Virus record (IMG/VR): IMGVR_UViG_3300037755_000308 | Span: 3,061 to 67,060 of that record | DNA length: 64,000 nucleotides | Reading direction: 5' to 3' (one strand) | DNA from: a virus | Lineage: Duplodnaviria > Caudoviricetes | In this document: one piece after another, positions 9,924 through 19,280 of the stretch | How the letters are laid out: the number at the start of each line of letters is the position of its first letter | Numbering within the stretch: position 1 is the first letter of the stretch | Program-made: the position numbers and the translations under genes | The notes under the pieces: model-generated | What the model was told of the DNA's origin: nothing | What the model saw: only the letters and a program-made list of their open reading frames with translations | The model's database searches: none

Positions 9924-10298
9924 ATGGCTCGCCGGATATCCCCATATAAGTTCTTATGCGCAAACGTGGAGCAGTGGGGCAGTAGAACAATGAGTGTAGG
10001 TACAATAAAAAGCACCATATCTGCTAAGGATATGGTCAGAAACCTTAACAGCAAAACACCCTGGCGTTTGCATCCAACAGCAGACGGTGCAAAAGGATGG
10101 GTGTGCTTTAGTACGTTCAAGGTGCTCAGAGAAAGTCTAGAGCTCAGCTATCTCGGCGCTGACATTGTGTTTGAGCCCAATGGTCCAGACAGTACTATAT
10201 TGCATGTGCATGTGGGTAATGAATACATGTATATTGCGAACGAGCATAAAGAGCCCATTGTAGACTCACCAACAAGGATAGATCAGATATGGGGCTAG
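9924..10298 (+). CDS. Hypothetical protein
   Basis: 124 aa ORF; start uncertain. Confidence 0.45.
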   Translation: MARRISPYKFLCANVEQWGSRTMSVGTIKSTISAKDMVRNLNSKTPWRLHPTADGAKGWVCFSTFKVLRESLELSYLGADIVFEPNGPDSTILHVHVGNEYMYIANEHKEPIVDSPTRIDQIWG

Positions 10299-10326
10299 TT
10301 CAACTCAAATATAAGAGCGTCGACAC

Positions 10327-10731
10327 ATGATAACAGAGGCATTCAAGAAAGAGTTTGGAGCTACACTCCAAGAGTTCTTAACTATTCGTAAGCGTAATTA
10401 CTGGATTGAAGTTGGTCCGGTTAGAGTGTACGCTCGTGAAACTTTCAGAGTGCTCAACGAGACACGATACTCCACTTTTGATATAGGCGCAGTGAGTGTT
10501 GAGTGTGCTGATCAAGAGAAAGGATACTTCAAAGCGACTGTTGCTATTATCATTGACATGATCACTGTCTGTGGTATTGAAGCTGTGTATATCGAGAACG
10601 TTCTTAATGAGCGACTTGAAAAGTACCTTATCAGAGATGGTTGGACTCTGCATATGATTGGTGGAATTCCTAGCTACTACAAGCTTACAAAGAGGTCGGC
10701 AGCAGGAGAGCTAGATGAGCAGCACACTTGA
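10327..10731 (+). CDS. Possible GNAT-fold protein
   Basis: FDIGAVSV..ADQEKGYF resembles GNAT motif A (Q/RxxGxG/F), followed by IENVLNERLEKYL..DGW. Confidence 0.45.
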   Translation: MITEAFKKEFGATLQEFLTIRKRNYWIEVGPVRVYARETFRVLNETRYSTFDIGAVSVECADQEKGYFKATVAIIIDMITVCGIEAVYIENVLNERLEKYLIRDGWTLHMIGGIPSYYKLTKRSAAGELDEQHT

Positions 10732-10960
10732 CATTAAAAGAACGGTTGAGTTCGAGATACCAATCGGTGAATGGAAGCTTGTTATTAGCCAGTCTAGTAC
10801 AGATGATCTAGTCTGTCTAGACCTGTGTTGGAAGGACAAGCAATCATCCAAACATAGCACAGCTGTGAAGGTTGAAACCTTTCTGGCAATAGCAGATGCT
10901 CTGTCAGATAACATCCCATCAAGTGATGGTGATGATGGTGGTACCAATAACGATGATTGA
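10715..10960 (+). CDS. Hypothetical protein
   Basis: 81 aa ORF with RBS AGGAG. Confidence 0.5.
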   Translation: MSSTLDIKRTVEFEIPIGEWKLVISQSSTDDLVCLDLCWKDKQSSKHSTAVKVETFLAIADALSDNIPSSDGDDGGTNNDD

Positions 10961-11270
10961 GCTACCACACATAGAGGTGTATGATCAACGAGCTACACGG
11001 TATATATTCAGAGAGCGTTGTCACGAAATGTTGTCTACACTGTACTGGAGGGAGAAGCCCTACACAAAGTGTAAGCATACTGCAACACATAAAGTCAACG
11101 GCAAGCCACTCTGCAACTTACATGCAGGGCGATTTGCCCTTGAGTTTGTGGTAGCAAACCAGCCTAAGGAAGAGATAGAGGTACAGTCAAATGACCACCA
11201 GTGGCAACAGCATACACATGAGCACAAGTGGGGCAGAAGTGGAGGTGTACTACCGATACGAAAACCATAA
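10953..11270 (+). CDS. Hypothetical protein with a Cys/His cluster
   Basis: C...CKH...LCNLH pattern. Start moved to the ATG at 10953, which overlaps the previous stop. Confidence 0.5.
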   Translation: MIELPHIEVYDQRATRYIFRERCHEMLSTLYWREKPYTKCKHTATHKVNGKPLCNLHAGRFALEFVVANQPKEEIEVQSNDHQWQQHTHEHKWGRSGGVLPIRKP

Positions 11271-11658
11271 TGTGTCTCTGGAGGTAGACCCAGAAACTGG
11301 AGAGTCTCATGGACACGGTGTTCATGTTACTCTTGATGAGTATCTAGTACTCCGTCATACCCCAAAGGGTGTCTGGTTGGATATGGGGCAAATGGTAGGC
11401 AGGTTCGTAAGGTACGATGCTCGAAAGAAATTCGCACATCCAACAAGGGAAGAGGCGTTAAGTTCGTTTCAGGAAAGGAAGAGAAGACAGATCAAAATCC
11501 TTTCTGGACGTCTAAGAGATGCAAGAGCAGCGCTTACCATAGCGTGGCATACCACAACGACAGACGTCGATATTAGCGATGAAGCAGCTTTCGAGCGTGA
11601 GCTAGAGGCTAGTAAAGAGGAGCATCCATACGATGCTTTCTTTGACAATCAACGGTGA
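11191..11658 (+). CDS. Hypothetical protein
   Basis: 155 aa ORF with RBS GAGGT. The YYRYE...LRHTPKGVWL...RKKFAHPTREEALSSF..RK.RQI pattern is typical of phage early proteins. Confidence 0.6.
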   Translation: MTTSGNSIHMSTSGAEVEVYYRYENHNVSLEVDPETGESHGHGVHVTLDEYLVLRHTPKGVWLDMGQMVGRFVRYDARKKFAHPTREEALSSFQERKRRQIKILSGRLRDARAALTIAWHTTTTDVDISDEAAFERELEASKEEHPYDAFFDNQR

Positions 11659-11873
11659 AAAGCGAGAGTGGGAGTGGCACGTCTATGAGCAATGATGAGA
11701 AATTCGGCACTACTGTTCTGCTGCTTTTCAGAGTGGTTTACATCGTGCTGGCAGTTGTTGCTCTTACTACAGGAAGAGAACCGTTACTCATTCTCAGTGT
11801 TATGCTGGGTATGGGGTTGATGATATTGTGGCAGATTATCGTGTTCTTCAAGATTCTGGAAAGAGTCAAATGA
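11655..11873 (+). CDS. Small two-TM membrane protein
   Basis: Two hydrophobic helices. Confidence 0.55.
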   Translation: MKSESGSGTSMSNDEKFGTTVLLLFRVVYIVLAVVALTTGREPLLILSVMLGMGLMILWQIIVFFKILERVK

Positions 11874-12130
11874 CAAGCAGTCGACGTAGAGAGGAACGTA
11901 GGCGTGAGCAGAAGGAGGCTGAGAGAGTCGCACTCTCACAGTTGCTTGCAGACCCCTTAAACATGAATAGCGACAACGTTACTGTCGAGTGGCATATCCA
12001 CGATGAGGGTGAACTATCCACTAAGCATGGCACTCGTGAAGGTCCTGTTGCAATTGTTGACATGTACCTAACTGAACGTTCAGATGGTAGTGTTACCATT
12101 TCAATTACACTAGAGCCCGTAACCTCATAG
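11870..12130 (+). CDS. Hypothetical protein
   Basis: ATG at 11870 overlaps the previous stop; basic N-terminus. Confidence 0.5.
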   Translation: MTSSRRREERRREQKEAERVALSQLLADPLNMNSDNVTVEWHIHDEGELSTKHGTREGPVAIVDMYLTERSDGSVTISITLEPVTS

Positions 12131-12147
12131 CAGGAGCTAAACGTAAT

Positions 12148-12537
12148 ATGAAAAGTCGCACTCTACTTGCCGCAGTACTAGTTGGCACACTTTTAACCGC
12201 ATGTGATGATGCCAGTATTGCTTCACGTAATTTTTCCCGATCGGCTGATATGTTTGAGATCAATCGTCGAGTTGTATTCTACAATGGCATTACCGACACA
12301 TATATGTTAACAGTTGAAGGACGATGCTCTATTGTAGCCGACGGTATAGATCGACGGACTCTTATGGTCACCTGTAAGACAGGTGATGCTACTTTTAAGA
12401 AGCACCTTCTAGGGTTGTCGCACAATGTAACTTACTTTGCTGAGCAGATAGAAGCAAAAGACGTAAGTACCTATCACTACCGTGTTATCTTCAAGCCTCA
12501 AACGATTATTCCTAATGTAGATCTTCGTATGGAATAG
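12148..12537 (+). CDS. Lipoprotein (conserved phage beta-sandwich-type family)
   Basis: Signal peptide with lipobox LTAC, followed by ASRN...FEINRRVVFYNGITD.YML.VEGRCS. RBS AGGAG. Confidence 0.7.
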   Translation: MKSRTLLAAVLVGTLLTACDDASIASRNFSRSADMFEINRRVVFYNGITDTYMLTVEGRCSIVADGIDRRTLMVTCKTGDATFKKHLLGLSHNVTYFAEQIEAKDVSTYHYRVIFKPQTIIPNVDLRME

Positions 12538-12584
12538 TCTGCTATTGCACCTACAATGCTAACTTAATATTAGGGAGTTAAAGC

Positions 12585-12863
12585 ATGGCAAAGAATGATT
12601 GGTATACATTTGTTACGTCTGAAGTTGATGATGGCTTCAAGGCGATCAAGTTCGACAAGGACGGCGATCCTCTTGGTGAGTACAAGCTCAACAAGAATGG
12701 CAGCTCTTGTGACTGCCCAGCTCACGTACCCTTCTGCCGTCACAAGAAGATGCTGGTAATATTCAAGGACATGGAGCGTGTCAATAGCGGCTGGCAATAT
12801 CAATTTGATACGGACAAGTGGAAAGCACCAATCAAGCTCGACCCTGATCTAGTCGAGATGTAG
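12585..12863 (+). CDS. SWIM-type zinc-finger protein
   Basis: CDC....FCRH (CxC...CxH). RBS GGGAG. Confidence 0.7.
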   Translation: MAKNDWYTFVTSEVDDGFKAIKFDKDGDPLGEYKLNKNGSSCDCPAHVPFCRHKKMLVIFKDMERVNSGWQYQFDTDKWKAPIKLDPDLVEM

Positions 12864-12918
12864 TGGCAATGGCTACTTAACTATAGTAAGACTGTCTTTT
12901 GTAAAAAGGAGTGAGAGC

Positions 12919-13062
12919 ATGACGACGAATACACTTTTGATAGTCATTCTAGTTATACTTCTTGTTGGAGCTCTACCTGCATATAATCGCTATGGGACGA
13001 GGGGAGCAGGTGGCCTCATACTGGTAGTACTGCTGATCTTGATCCTGCTGGGCAAGTTCTAG
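12919..13062 (+). CDS. DUF3309-like small membrane protein (47 aa; absent from the ORF track)
   Basis: MTTNTLLIVILVILLVGALPAYNRYGTRGAGGLILVVLLILILLGKF, with RBS AAGGAG. LL.GALP and GGL..V.LLIL.LLG are typical of DUF3309. Confidence 0.75.
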   Translation: MTTNTLLIVILVILLVGALPAYNRYGTRGAGGLILVVLLILILLGKF

Positions 13063-13117
13063 ATCAGCTGTGCCAGCTGCACAAGTTGCGCAAGCTGCAT
13101 GAGAGGAGCACACCTAA

Positions 13118-13480
13118 ATGTCTGATCCTATTAAATCAGTACGCATTCCAGAGAAGTACTTCGAGAATGTAAAGCCTGGTACAGAAGACGACATAGGTGT
13201 GCTCTTCAATGCTTGGCGGGCGTACTTAAAAGATATCAACTATGCTAGGCTTCTTACATTTGAAGCTGACTTAGAAGATGTTCTACGAGCACATCCCAAG
13301 GTCAAAAACTATGTACGTCGAACGGATTATCATTGTACATTTAATTATTGGAATTTACATGTCAGTTATTACCCATCTAAGGGTAAATGGGTGATGAACA
13401 ATAACAAAGCTGTTTGGGGTAGCCTTGAAGACATGATCAATTACCTCGATAAGAGAGCGGTAATATATGAGCAGGGGTGA
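13118..13480 (+). CDS. Hypothetical protein
   Basis: 120 aa ORF with RBS GAGGAG. Confidence 0.6.
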   Translation: MSDPIKSVRIPEKYFENVKPGTEDDIGVLFNAWRAYLKDINYARLLTFEADLEDVLRAHPKVKNYVRRTDYHCTFNYWNLHVSYYPSKGKWVMNNNKAVWGSLEDMINYLDKRAVIYEQG

Positions 13481-13530
13481 TATCCGCGCGTCCGCGGTTG
13501 CCTCAGAGCAAGCCCGTATATCGCGCCCAC

Positions 13531-13563
13531 GATCAGATCCCCAACAACTGTTTTTCCCCCATC
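13531..13563 (+). repeat. Dispersed motif copy (GATCAGATCCCCAACAACTGTTTTTCCCCCATC)
   Basis: Matches the copies at 30718, 31497, 55166, 58290 and 63274. Confidence 0.9.
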
Positions 13564-13696
13564 CGTGAGCAGATAGGCCTAATTTTATGCGAGCACTTAT
13601 GATTCTAATCTACTTCTCTACCGCATGGGTATTCGTTATCCTGCTATTCGCGTCGTGTATAGGTGGACTTAACCTTCTAGGAGCGTTGCTAGGCTG

Positions 13697-13954
13697 ATGA
13701 ACAAATACACAGTTGAAATAAAGCGTATGATCACTATTGAAGAGACAGCTACAATTACTGTTGATGTACCTATCTTTTTAGAGAAGTACTCTGTCAAAAA
13801 AGGATTCATCGAGGAGTTTGCCAGAGCACAACAGGATAAAATAACGTGGAAAGAAGAAGACCGAATGACGAAAATCGAAGTCGATGCGTCATTGATGTAT
13901 CATGATGGAGAGAAGGAACCTTCAAACATATTCTTGGATCACGACGAAGAGTAG
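13697..13954 (+). CDS. Hypothetical protein
   Basis: 85 aa ORF with RBS AGGAG. Confidence 0.55.
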   Translation: MNKYTVEIKRMITIEETATITVDVPIFLEKYSVKKGFIEEFARAQQDKITWKEEDRMTKIEVDASLMYHDGEKEPSNIFLDHDEE

Positions 13955-14003
13955 CAGTCAATCAGTCAGAACAACTAGTTAAAAGAGGAGCAAGGTAACT
14001 ACT

Positions 14004-14222
14004 ATGGCTTGGAATCAAAGATATGGTCTTCAACGAGTCGATGTTGAAACTGGGCAATGCACCTGGCGCGATCTCCGGCAACGCCTTCATATCATTAATC
14101 TTGAACTGGCCGTAGCTGTTAAGGTCAAAGATTGGATGGACAGCTACCCGGCTAAGAGACTCGGTGTAAGTGTTCCTGAACTAACAGAGGTACAAGTATT
14201 ACAGTTGGTTGGCGGCATCTAG
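14004..14222 (+). CDS. Hypothetical protein
   Basis: 72 aa ORF with RBS GAGGAG/AAGGT. Confidence 0.55.
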   Translation: MAWNQRYGLQRVDVETGQCTWRDLRQRLHIINLELAVAVKVKDWMDSYPAKRLGVSVPELTEVQVLQLVGGI

Positions 14223-14285
14223 TTACACCTAAGCTGTCTAGCTACGCCTGTCACACGTCAATAGTTTGTAGGCGGTTCTCTTTTC

Positions 14286-14319
14286 GCACTTGATAGTCCG
14301 AGAACCTTTTTTCTATAAT
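14286..14319 (+). promoter_or_regulatory. Phage promoter family copy 3
   Basis: GCACTTGATAGTCCGAGAACCTTTTTTCTATAAT, with a second TATAAT downstream. Confidence 0.8.
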
Positions 14320-14345
14320 AAGTCTATAATCATGGAGTAAGAAAC

Positions 14346-14543
14346 ATGCTCGACAAGCAGTACGGCAACATCATATTCAGGTGTGATGATTGTGAGGAGG
14401 CAGAGTTCGAGACCGACTGTAGCAACTTCCAAGATGCACTTGATACCTTCAAGAATGATACAGAAGGCTCTCAATGGGTGAGTTATAAAGAAGGCGATCA
14501 ATGGAGACACACCTGCCCTGAGTGCTCCAAGATCATCGCCTAG
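14346..14543 (+). CDS. Small zinc-ribbon protein
   Basis: CDDC...CPEC. RBS GGAG. Confidence 0.65.
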   Translation: MLDKQYGNIIFRCDDCEEAEFETDCSNFQDALDTFKNDTEGSQWVSYKEGDQWRHTCPECSKIIA

Positions 14544-14596
14544 CACGCCTAACACGTCTAGCACGCCTAATACCACACACCGAGGAGAATTGCATC

Positions 14597-15574
14597 ATGC
14601 ATAACGTTGATCATCGCCCGATGTTAGCTGCAGCTGTTGATGTCGAAGACTTGCACAAGGTTACATATCCAAAGATCTTGCAAGTCAAGTACGATGGCAT
14701 TCGTGCTGTCTGCCGCAGCAACTATATGATGTCACGTTCGGGGAAGTTCCTACCTAACGAATATGTACAGGAATTCTTCTACAATCTGTGTGCAGACTAT
14801 CCAGTGTTCAACCTCTGTGATGGTGAGCTGATGGTTGGTGATCCGACAACTCCAGCTGTTTGTATGGCAACAGCATCTGGTATCATGTCAATAGGTGGTC
14901 AACCTGATTTTACCTATTATGTTTTCGATCGTGCTATGCAAGGTCCTACTTATAACCAAAGGCGAGAACACTTGCATACTATCATTGACAACTTACCAAG
15001 TAAGTATCGTGATCGCATTCAACTCGTTGGTGAGTTCCAGGTGAACAATGTTCATGGTGTTCGTGAGCGGTTGGACGACTTCTTGGCAAGTAACCTTGAG
15101 GGATGTATTCTGCGAGATCCACATGGCCTTTATAAACATGGGAGATCTACATTCAAGCAGGGTACGTTACTGAAGATCAAAGACATTCGTGACGCTGAAG
15201 CTATCATTGTTGGTCACGAAGAACTCAACCACAATCTTAACGTGGCAACTACTGACGCTCTTGGCTATACCAAGCGGTCTTCACACAAGGACAATAAAGT
15301 TGGTGGAGGTAAGCTTGGAGCTTTTGTTGTCAGAGCACTTGGATGGGGAGGTGCTACCTTCAAAGTTGGTACTGGCTTCACAGATGAACAACGTGTCACT
15401 TACTGGAAGAAGCGTCAACACACCACTGGTATGATTATCAAGTTCAAGTACCTGGGTGCTGGTGGAAAAGAGCTGCCACGACATACTGTATTCATGGGAT
15501 TTAGAGCACCTGCTGATGTAGACACATCTGTCTTGCAGCAATTGAATAAACTGGCGACTACTGATGTCAAGTGA
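14597..15574 (+). CDS. ATP-dependent DNA ligase
   Basis: Adenylation motif QVKYDGIR, DGEL, YYVFD, EGCILR...YKHGRS, LLKIK, and an OB domain with FKVGTGF. Start moved to 14597 (RBS GAGGAG). Confidence 0.92.
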   Translation: MHNVDHRPMLAAAVDVEDLHKVTYPKILQVKYDGIRAVCRSNYMMSRSGKFLPNEYVQEFFYNLCADYPVFNLCDGELMVGDPTTPAVCMATASGIMSIGGQPDFTYYVFDRAMQGPTYNQRREHLHTIIDNLPSKYRDRIQLVGEFQVNNVHGVRERLDDFLASNLEGCILRDPHGLYKHGRSTFKQGTLLKIKDIRDAEAIIVGHEELNHNLNVATTDALGYTKRSSHKDNKVGGGKLGAFVVRALGWGGATFKVGTGFTDEQRVTYWKKRQHTTGMIIKFKYLGAGGKELPRHTVFMGFRAPADVDTSVLQQLNKLATTDVK

Positions 15575-15890
15575 GTTCAACTCAGAAGATAAAGATGTCA
15601 TAGTACCCAGTGCTAGTGACATAACTCAAGAGCAGCTGGCTACCTTTCTGGATGAGCTAACTTCACTCACCAGGAAGTATGGATTGGAGATCTCTTCAGA
15701 GGGTAGCGTTGATATACCTTCTATTAGGTTGATCAGCCATGCAAAAGCTAACTCTGGAAGGTACTTACCCTTCTGGACGCATGTTGAGCAGCAGGAGCAT
15801 GTGAAGACTCCTACTGAGATCTTCTTCACTGCCGATGCAGAGCTGGAAAACGTCGTGAGATTCGATGATGAAGACTACCACGAAAAGTAG
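15564..15890 (+). CDS. Hypothetical acidic protein
   Basis: 108 aa ORF overlapping the ligase stop. Confidence 0.5.
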   Translation: MSSEFNSEDKDVIVPSASDITQEQLATFLDELTSLTRKYGLEISSEGSVDIPSIRLISHAKANSGRYLPFWTHVEQQEHVKTPTEIFFTADAELENVVRFDDEDYHEK

Positions 15891-15924
15891 CACGAGAAAC
15901 TAAAAATAGTTGGGTACATGACAC

Positions 15925-16185
15925 ATGACGTATTCATATGAGAAACAGCGTGCAAACATCTTCACGGAAGATGGACAAGTAATGTTCCTCAAGATTCGTG
16001 ATCAAGTGTATAAACTTATCAAGATAGCAGGTGCTGTACGAGTCCAAGAAGCAATAGCTGAAATTGGTGGGGACAGTTGGGATATGCTTGCATGTCTTGA
16101 TAGACTAGTAGAACTTGGTGAAATCGAGGAGGTTATAACTACAGGTTCTAGGCAACGTCGTATATTCATAAAGGCACGAAAGTAG
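15925..16185 (+). CDS. Hypothetical (possible winged-helix) protein
   Basis: 86 aa ORF with GDSWDMLACLDRLVELGEI. Confidence 0.55.
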   Translation: MTYSYEKQRANIFTEDGQVMFLKIRDQVYKLIKIAGAVRVQEAIAEIGGDSWDMLACLDRLVELGEIEEVITTGSRQRRIFIKARK

Positions 16186-16212
16186 CAGCGAACAGGCTAG
16201 GACACATAACTA

Positions 16213-17673
16213 ATGCTAGCGATTGAAATAGCAGACAAGCTGTACAGGGGTAAGCTACCAAGGGATATCCCAATGGAGTCTCGCCTCTTCCAGGATAAAG
16301 CTGTTGAGAAGCTCAACAAGCATTCTAGGCATATTTTAGGGCTGCCAATGGGTAGCGGCAAGACTGTCGTTGCTGTTAGAGCATTAAAGAACTGGGCACC
16401 CAGTCGATCATTGATTATACCAACAGAGAGGGCTATACTGGGTTGGCTTAAGGTCATGTGGCTATGGTTTCCAGAGGAGTTGGAGAAGTATGCTATCATT
16501 GGTAAGAACTATACCAAGCATGAAAGAATCAAGTTCTATAATGAGCATGCAAAGCATCCCAGACTGTCTGTAATATCAAACTGGCACCTTCTAACACGTG
16601 ACTCTGATAATATGCCACCGTTGCACTTCGATGTGATTATGACGGATGAGCATCATAAGTTTATGCGTAACCGAAATACCAAAGCACACAAGATGCTAGC
16701 CACCCATTTCAGATCAGATAAGATACTGATGTTGACGGGCTCACCTGCTTCTAAGGGAGCTCAAGACTTCTACGCAACATTAAATGTGCTCGACCCTAAA
16801 CTGTTCAAGTCATACTGGAAGTTTGTTAGCACGTGGTGTAACGTTAGTGAAACACCACATGGCAAAGATGTATGGGGCACTCGCAACGAGGAAGCATTCA
16901 AACGTATGCTATTCTCCTATGCAATCATAGCAACTAAGAAGCAACTTGGGCTGCAAAAGAAAGTTCGTGACGTTATTCGAGTCCAAATGGATGCACTGCA
17001 ACAGCGAGCTTATGATCAGATCAGAGATGAGTTCCTGCTGGAGTTAGAGGACGCTCCACCAGTGGTGATGCTCAATACATTGTCTCAGTATATTAAGTTG
17101 AGACAGGTTACTAGCTGTCCAGCTATTCTTAATCCTCAGCTTGGTATTGGTGGAGGTGCTAAGCATATTCAAGATACGCTACTCGACCTTAGTGTTCCAG
17201 AGAGACACTCTGTTATCTTCACACCGTTTAAATTGGGGCTGCCTTATCTGAAAGCTTTTTATGAAGGTCGTGGTAAAGAAGTTGGGTTACCAGCCAGCGA
17301 CAACGGTGTCTCTCTTGGCATTCCAGTTTATACATTCTCTGGTGGGATGGGATTGGACAACCTGTTTGAAGGCCTTTACAACTTTAAGAAGTATGGTGGC
17401 TTGGCCATCTGTACAACACAGTTCGCTGAATCATTTGACATGGAGACTACTGACAAAGCCTTTATGCTTGGGTTTGATTGGGACCCACAAATTAACTATC
17501 AAGCTGAGGATCGTATTGATCGACTTAACAATCCACATGGCTTGATCAACATCTATTACCTATTACATGAAGGTAGCTTGGATGAAGACATACTGTACAG
17601 TCTTGCGTACAAACAAGAGAATGTACACAAGCTGTTCTCACAGACACATCGTTTGATTGAAGCTTTGCGGTAG
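16213..17673 (+). CDS. SF2 (SNF2-like) helicase
   Basis: Walker A MGSGKT, DEHH, LTGSP, and motif VI QAEDRIDR. Confidence 0.88.
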   Translation: MLAIEIADKLYRGKLPRDIPMESRLFQDKAVEKLNKHSRHILGLPMGSGKTVVAVRALKNWAPSRSLIIPTERAILGWLKVMWLWFPEELEKYAIIGKNYTKHERIKFYNEHAKHPRLSVISNWHLLTRDSDNMPPLHFDVIMTDEHHKFMRNRNTKAHKMLATHFRSDKILMLTGSPASKGAQDFYATLNVLDPKLFKSYWKFVSTWCNVSETPHGKDVWGTRNEEAFKRMLFSYAIIATKKQLGLQKKVRDVIRVQMDALQQRAYDQIRDEFLLELEDAPPVVMLNTLSQYIKLRQVTSCPAILNPQLGIGGGAKHIQDTLLDLSVPERHSVIFTPFKLGLPYLKAFYEGRGKEVGLPASDNGVSLGIPVYTFSGGMGLDNLFEGLYNFKKYGGLAICTTQFAESFDMETTDKAFMLGFDWDPQINYQAEDRIDRLNNPHGLINIYYLLHEGSLDEDILYSLAYKQENVHKLFSQTHRLIEALR

Positions 17674-17810
17674 TTAACCTGTGACCAACAAAGCTACTAA
17701 CAGCGAGCTGGGTTAGCTGTGGCTAGAGCTACGACGATCAAGTATAAGCCGCCCGATAGCGGCATAATCTAATCGTCAAAAAATTTGTCACAAAAGTCGC
17801 AATTTTTCAG

Positions 17811-17839
17811 TTGATTCGGTCATAAAAATGCGATATTAT
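17811..17839 (+). promoter_or_regulatory. sigma70-like promoter
   Basis: TTGATT-17 bp-TATTAT upstream of the recombination genes. Confidence 0.65.
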
Positions 17840-17867
17840 ATAAATAGATCGCAGGGGGAAATTAACA

Positions 17868-19280
17868 ATGTCTAACGGCACAGAGCATGGGCACGACCAC
17901 AATAGTGGGGGGCTTGATAAAAGTATTGTTCCTATTCATACCAGCGACAGGGCCCAATATAGACATTGCCGGCGTAAGTGGTTGCTTGGGTCACATTTGA
18001 ATCGTGGACTTGAACCAGTTTCAAAACCTGCCCCATTATGGTTTGGTGAAGGTGTTCATTTCGCATTAAAAGACTTTCACGGACCAAAGCAGCACTCTAC
18101 TCTTGTGGATTCGTTCAAAGAGTTCACTGACGCTTCTATGGATCTGTATCCTGATCGGCTTCCACCTGAGACTCCTGAGCTTCTGTTGCTCGGACCTGAG
18201 ATGCTAAGGTTCTATGAGGAGGATTGGCTTGAGAGACGAGATCCTTTAACAACTTATGTCTTAGATGGCATTCCACAGGTTGAGGTTGCGTTTGAGATCG
18301 AGCTTCCCATAGACCCTCACCTCTTGTCACGTATTAATAAACGAAAGGTAGTGTACAGAGGCACATTCGATAGGATCTCAATTGACGACTATGGGATGCT
18401 CTGGATTGTCGAATACAAGACAGCTAAGCAACTTGACACCTACCACTTATTAACTGACCCACAGGTAACAGCCTACTGCTGGGCAGCAGCATGTGTGTAC
18501 AAACTACCAATCGCTGGAGTTATCTATCAACAGCATAAGAAGGTTGTTCCTAAGCCAGCACGTATATTGAAGAACGGCAATATCAGTGTTGCCAAGAATC
18601 AAGTAACGTCGCATAAGATATACAAGGCTGCACTGACAAAAGTTTATGGAGCAGTAGTTAACAAATGGTCTCCAGAACATGTTGAGACCTTGAATATGCT
18701 CGCTCAACGAGAGAGTTGGGATCATGATGCGTTTATCAAACGTACAAAGATCTCACGTAATGAATTCCAGATTGGCAATGAGGGGAGAAAGATCTTACTA
18801 GAAGTTCATGAAATGCTGAACCCAGACACACCTATGTATGCAAGTCCAAATTGGATGTGTGGATGGTGTGACTTTCAGTCAGCATGTGTGTCAATGGACG
18901 ACGGCTCCGACTTCGAACAGGAGCTTAACGACGAAGGACTATTTCGTGTTCGCCATAAGGCGTCTAGTGAGTGGGAACTCCTAGCACACGAGAAACTTGG
19001 CGGTATACTTCATCATAGTAAAGCGAGTGTAACTCATGACAGATCAGGCGCTCCCATTGAAAACCCCGACGCAGCCGGCGACGGTAGCCCCAGCTTCGGA
19101 GGCGACGACGGCTCCAGCACAACCTATGGCAGCAGCTACAACTACAGTGCCACAAAGCGCCCAGGTTCCCTCCCAGCCCAAGACGCCTCCGACGAGCAGT
19201 GGGACGATTGGATCGAAAGGTTCGACAAGCAGCTCAGTGGCGGCGACACCGACGGCGACAGTCACCCCACCGAAGGGTAA
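17868..19280 (+). CDS. PD-(D/E)XK (RecB/Cas4-like) exonuclease
   Basis: HTSDRAQYRHCRRKW, GEGVH, GTFDRI...IVEYKT, QVTAY and CGWCDFQSAC. Confidence 0.85.
   Translation: MSNGTEHGHDHNSGGLDKSIVPIHTSDRAQYRHCRRKWLLGSHLNRGLEPVSKPAPLWFGEGVHFALKDFHGPKQHSTLVDSFKEFTDASMDLYPDRLPPETPELLLLGPEMLRFYEEDWLERRDPLTTYVLDGIPQVEVAFEIELPIDPHLLSRINKRKVVYRGTFDRISIDDYGMLWIVEYKTAKQLDTYHLLTDPQVTAYCWAAACVYKLPIAGVIYQQHKKVVPKPARILKNGNISVAKNQVTSHKIYKAALTKVYGAVVNKWSPEHVETLNMLAQRESWDHDAFIKRTKISRNEFQIGNEGRKILLEVHEMLNPDTPMYASPNWMCGWCDFQSACVSMDDGSDFEQELNDEGLFRVRHKASSEWELLAHEKLGGILHHSKASVTHDRSGAPIENPDAAGDGSPSFGGDDGSSTTYGSSYNYSATKRPGSLPAQDASDEQWDDWIERFDKQLSGGDTDGDSHPTEG

Noticed and set aside
17868-19280. Cas4-like nuclease as a sign of a CRISPR system
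   Set aside because: No repeat-spacer array or other cas genes were seen. Its context (Sak4, SSB) is a standard phage recombination module.
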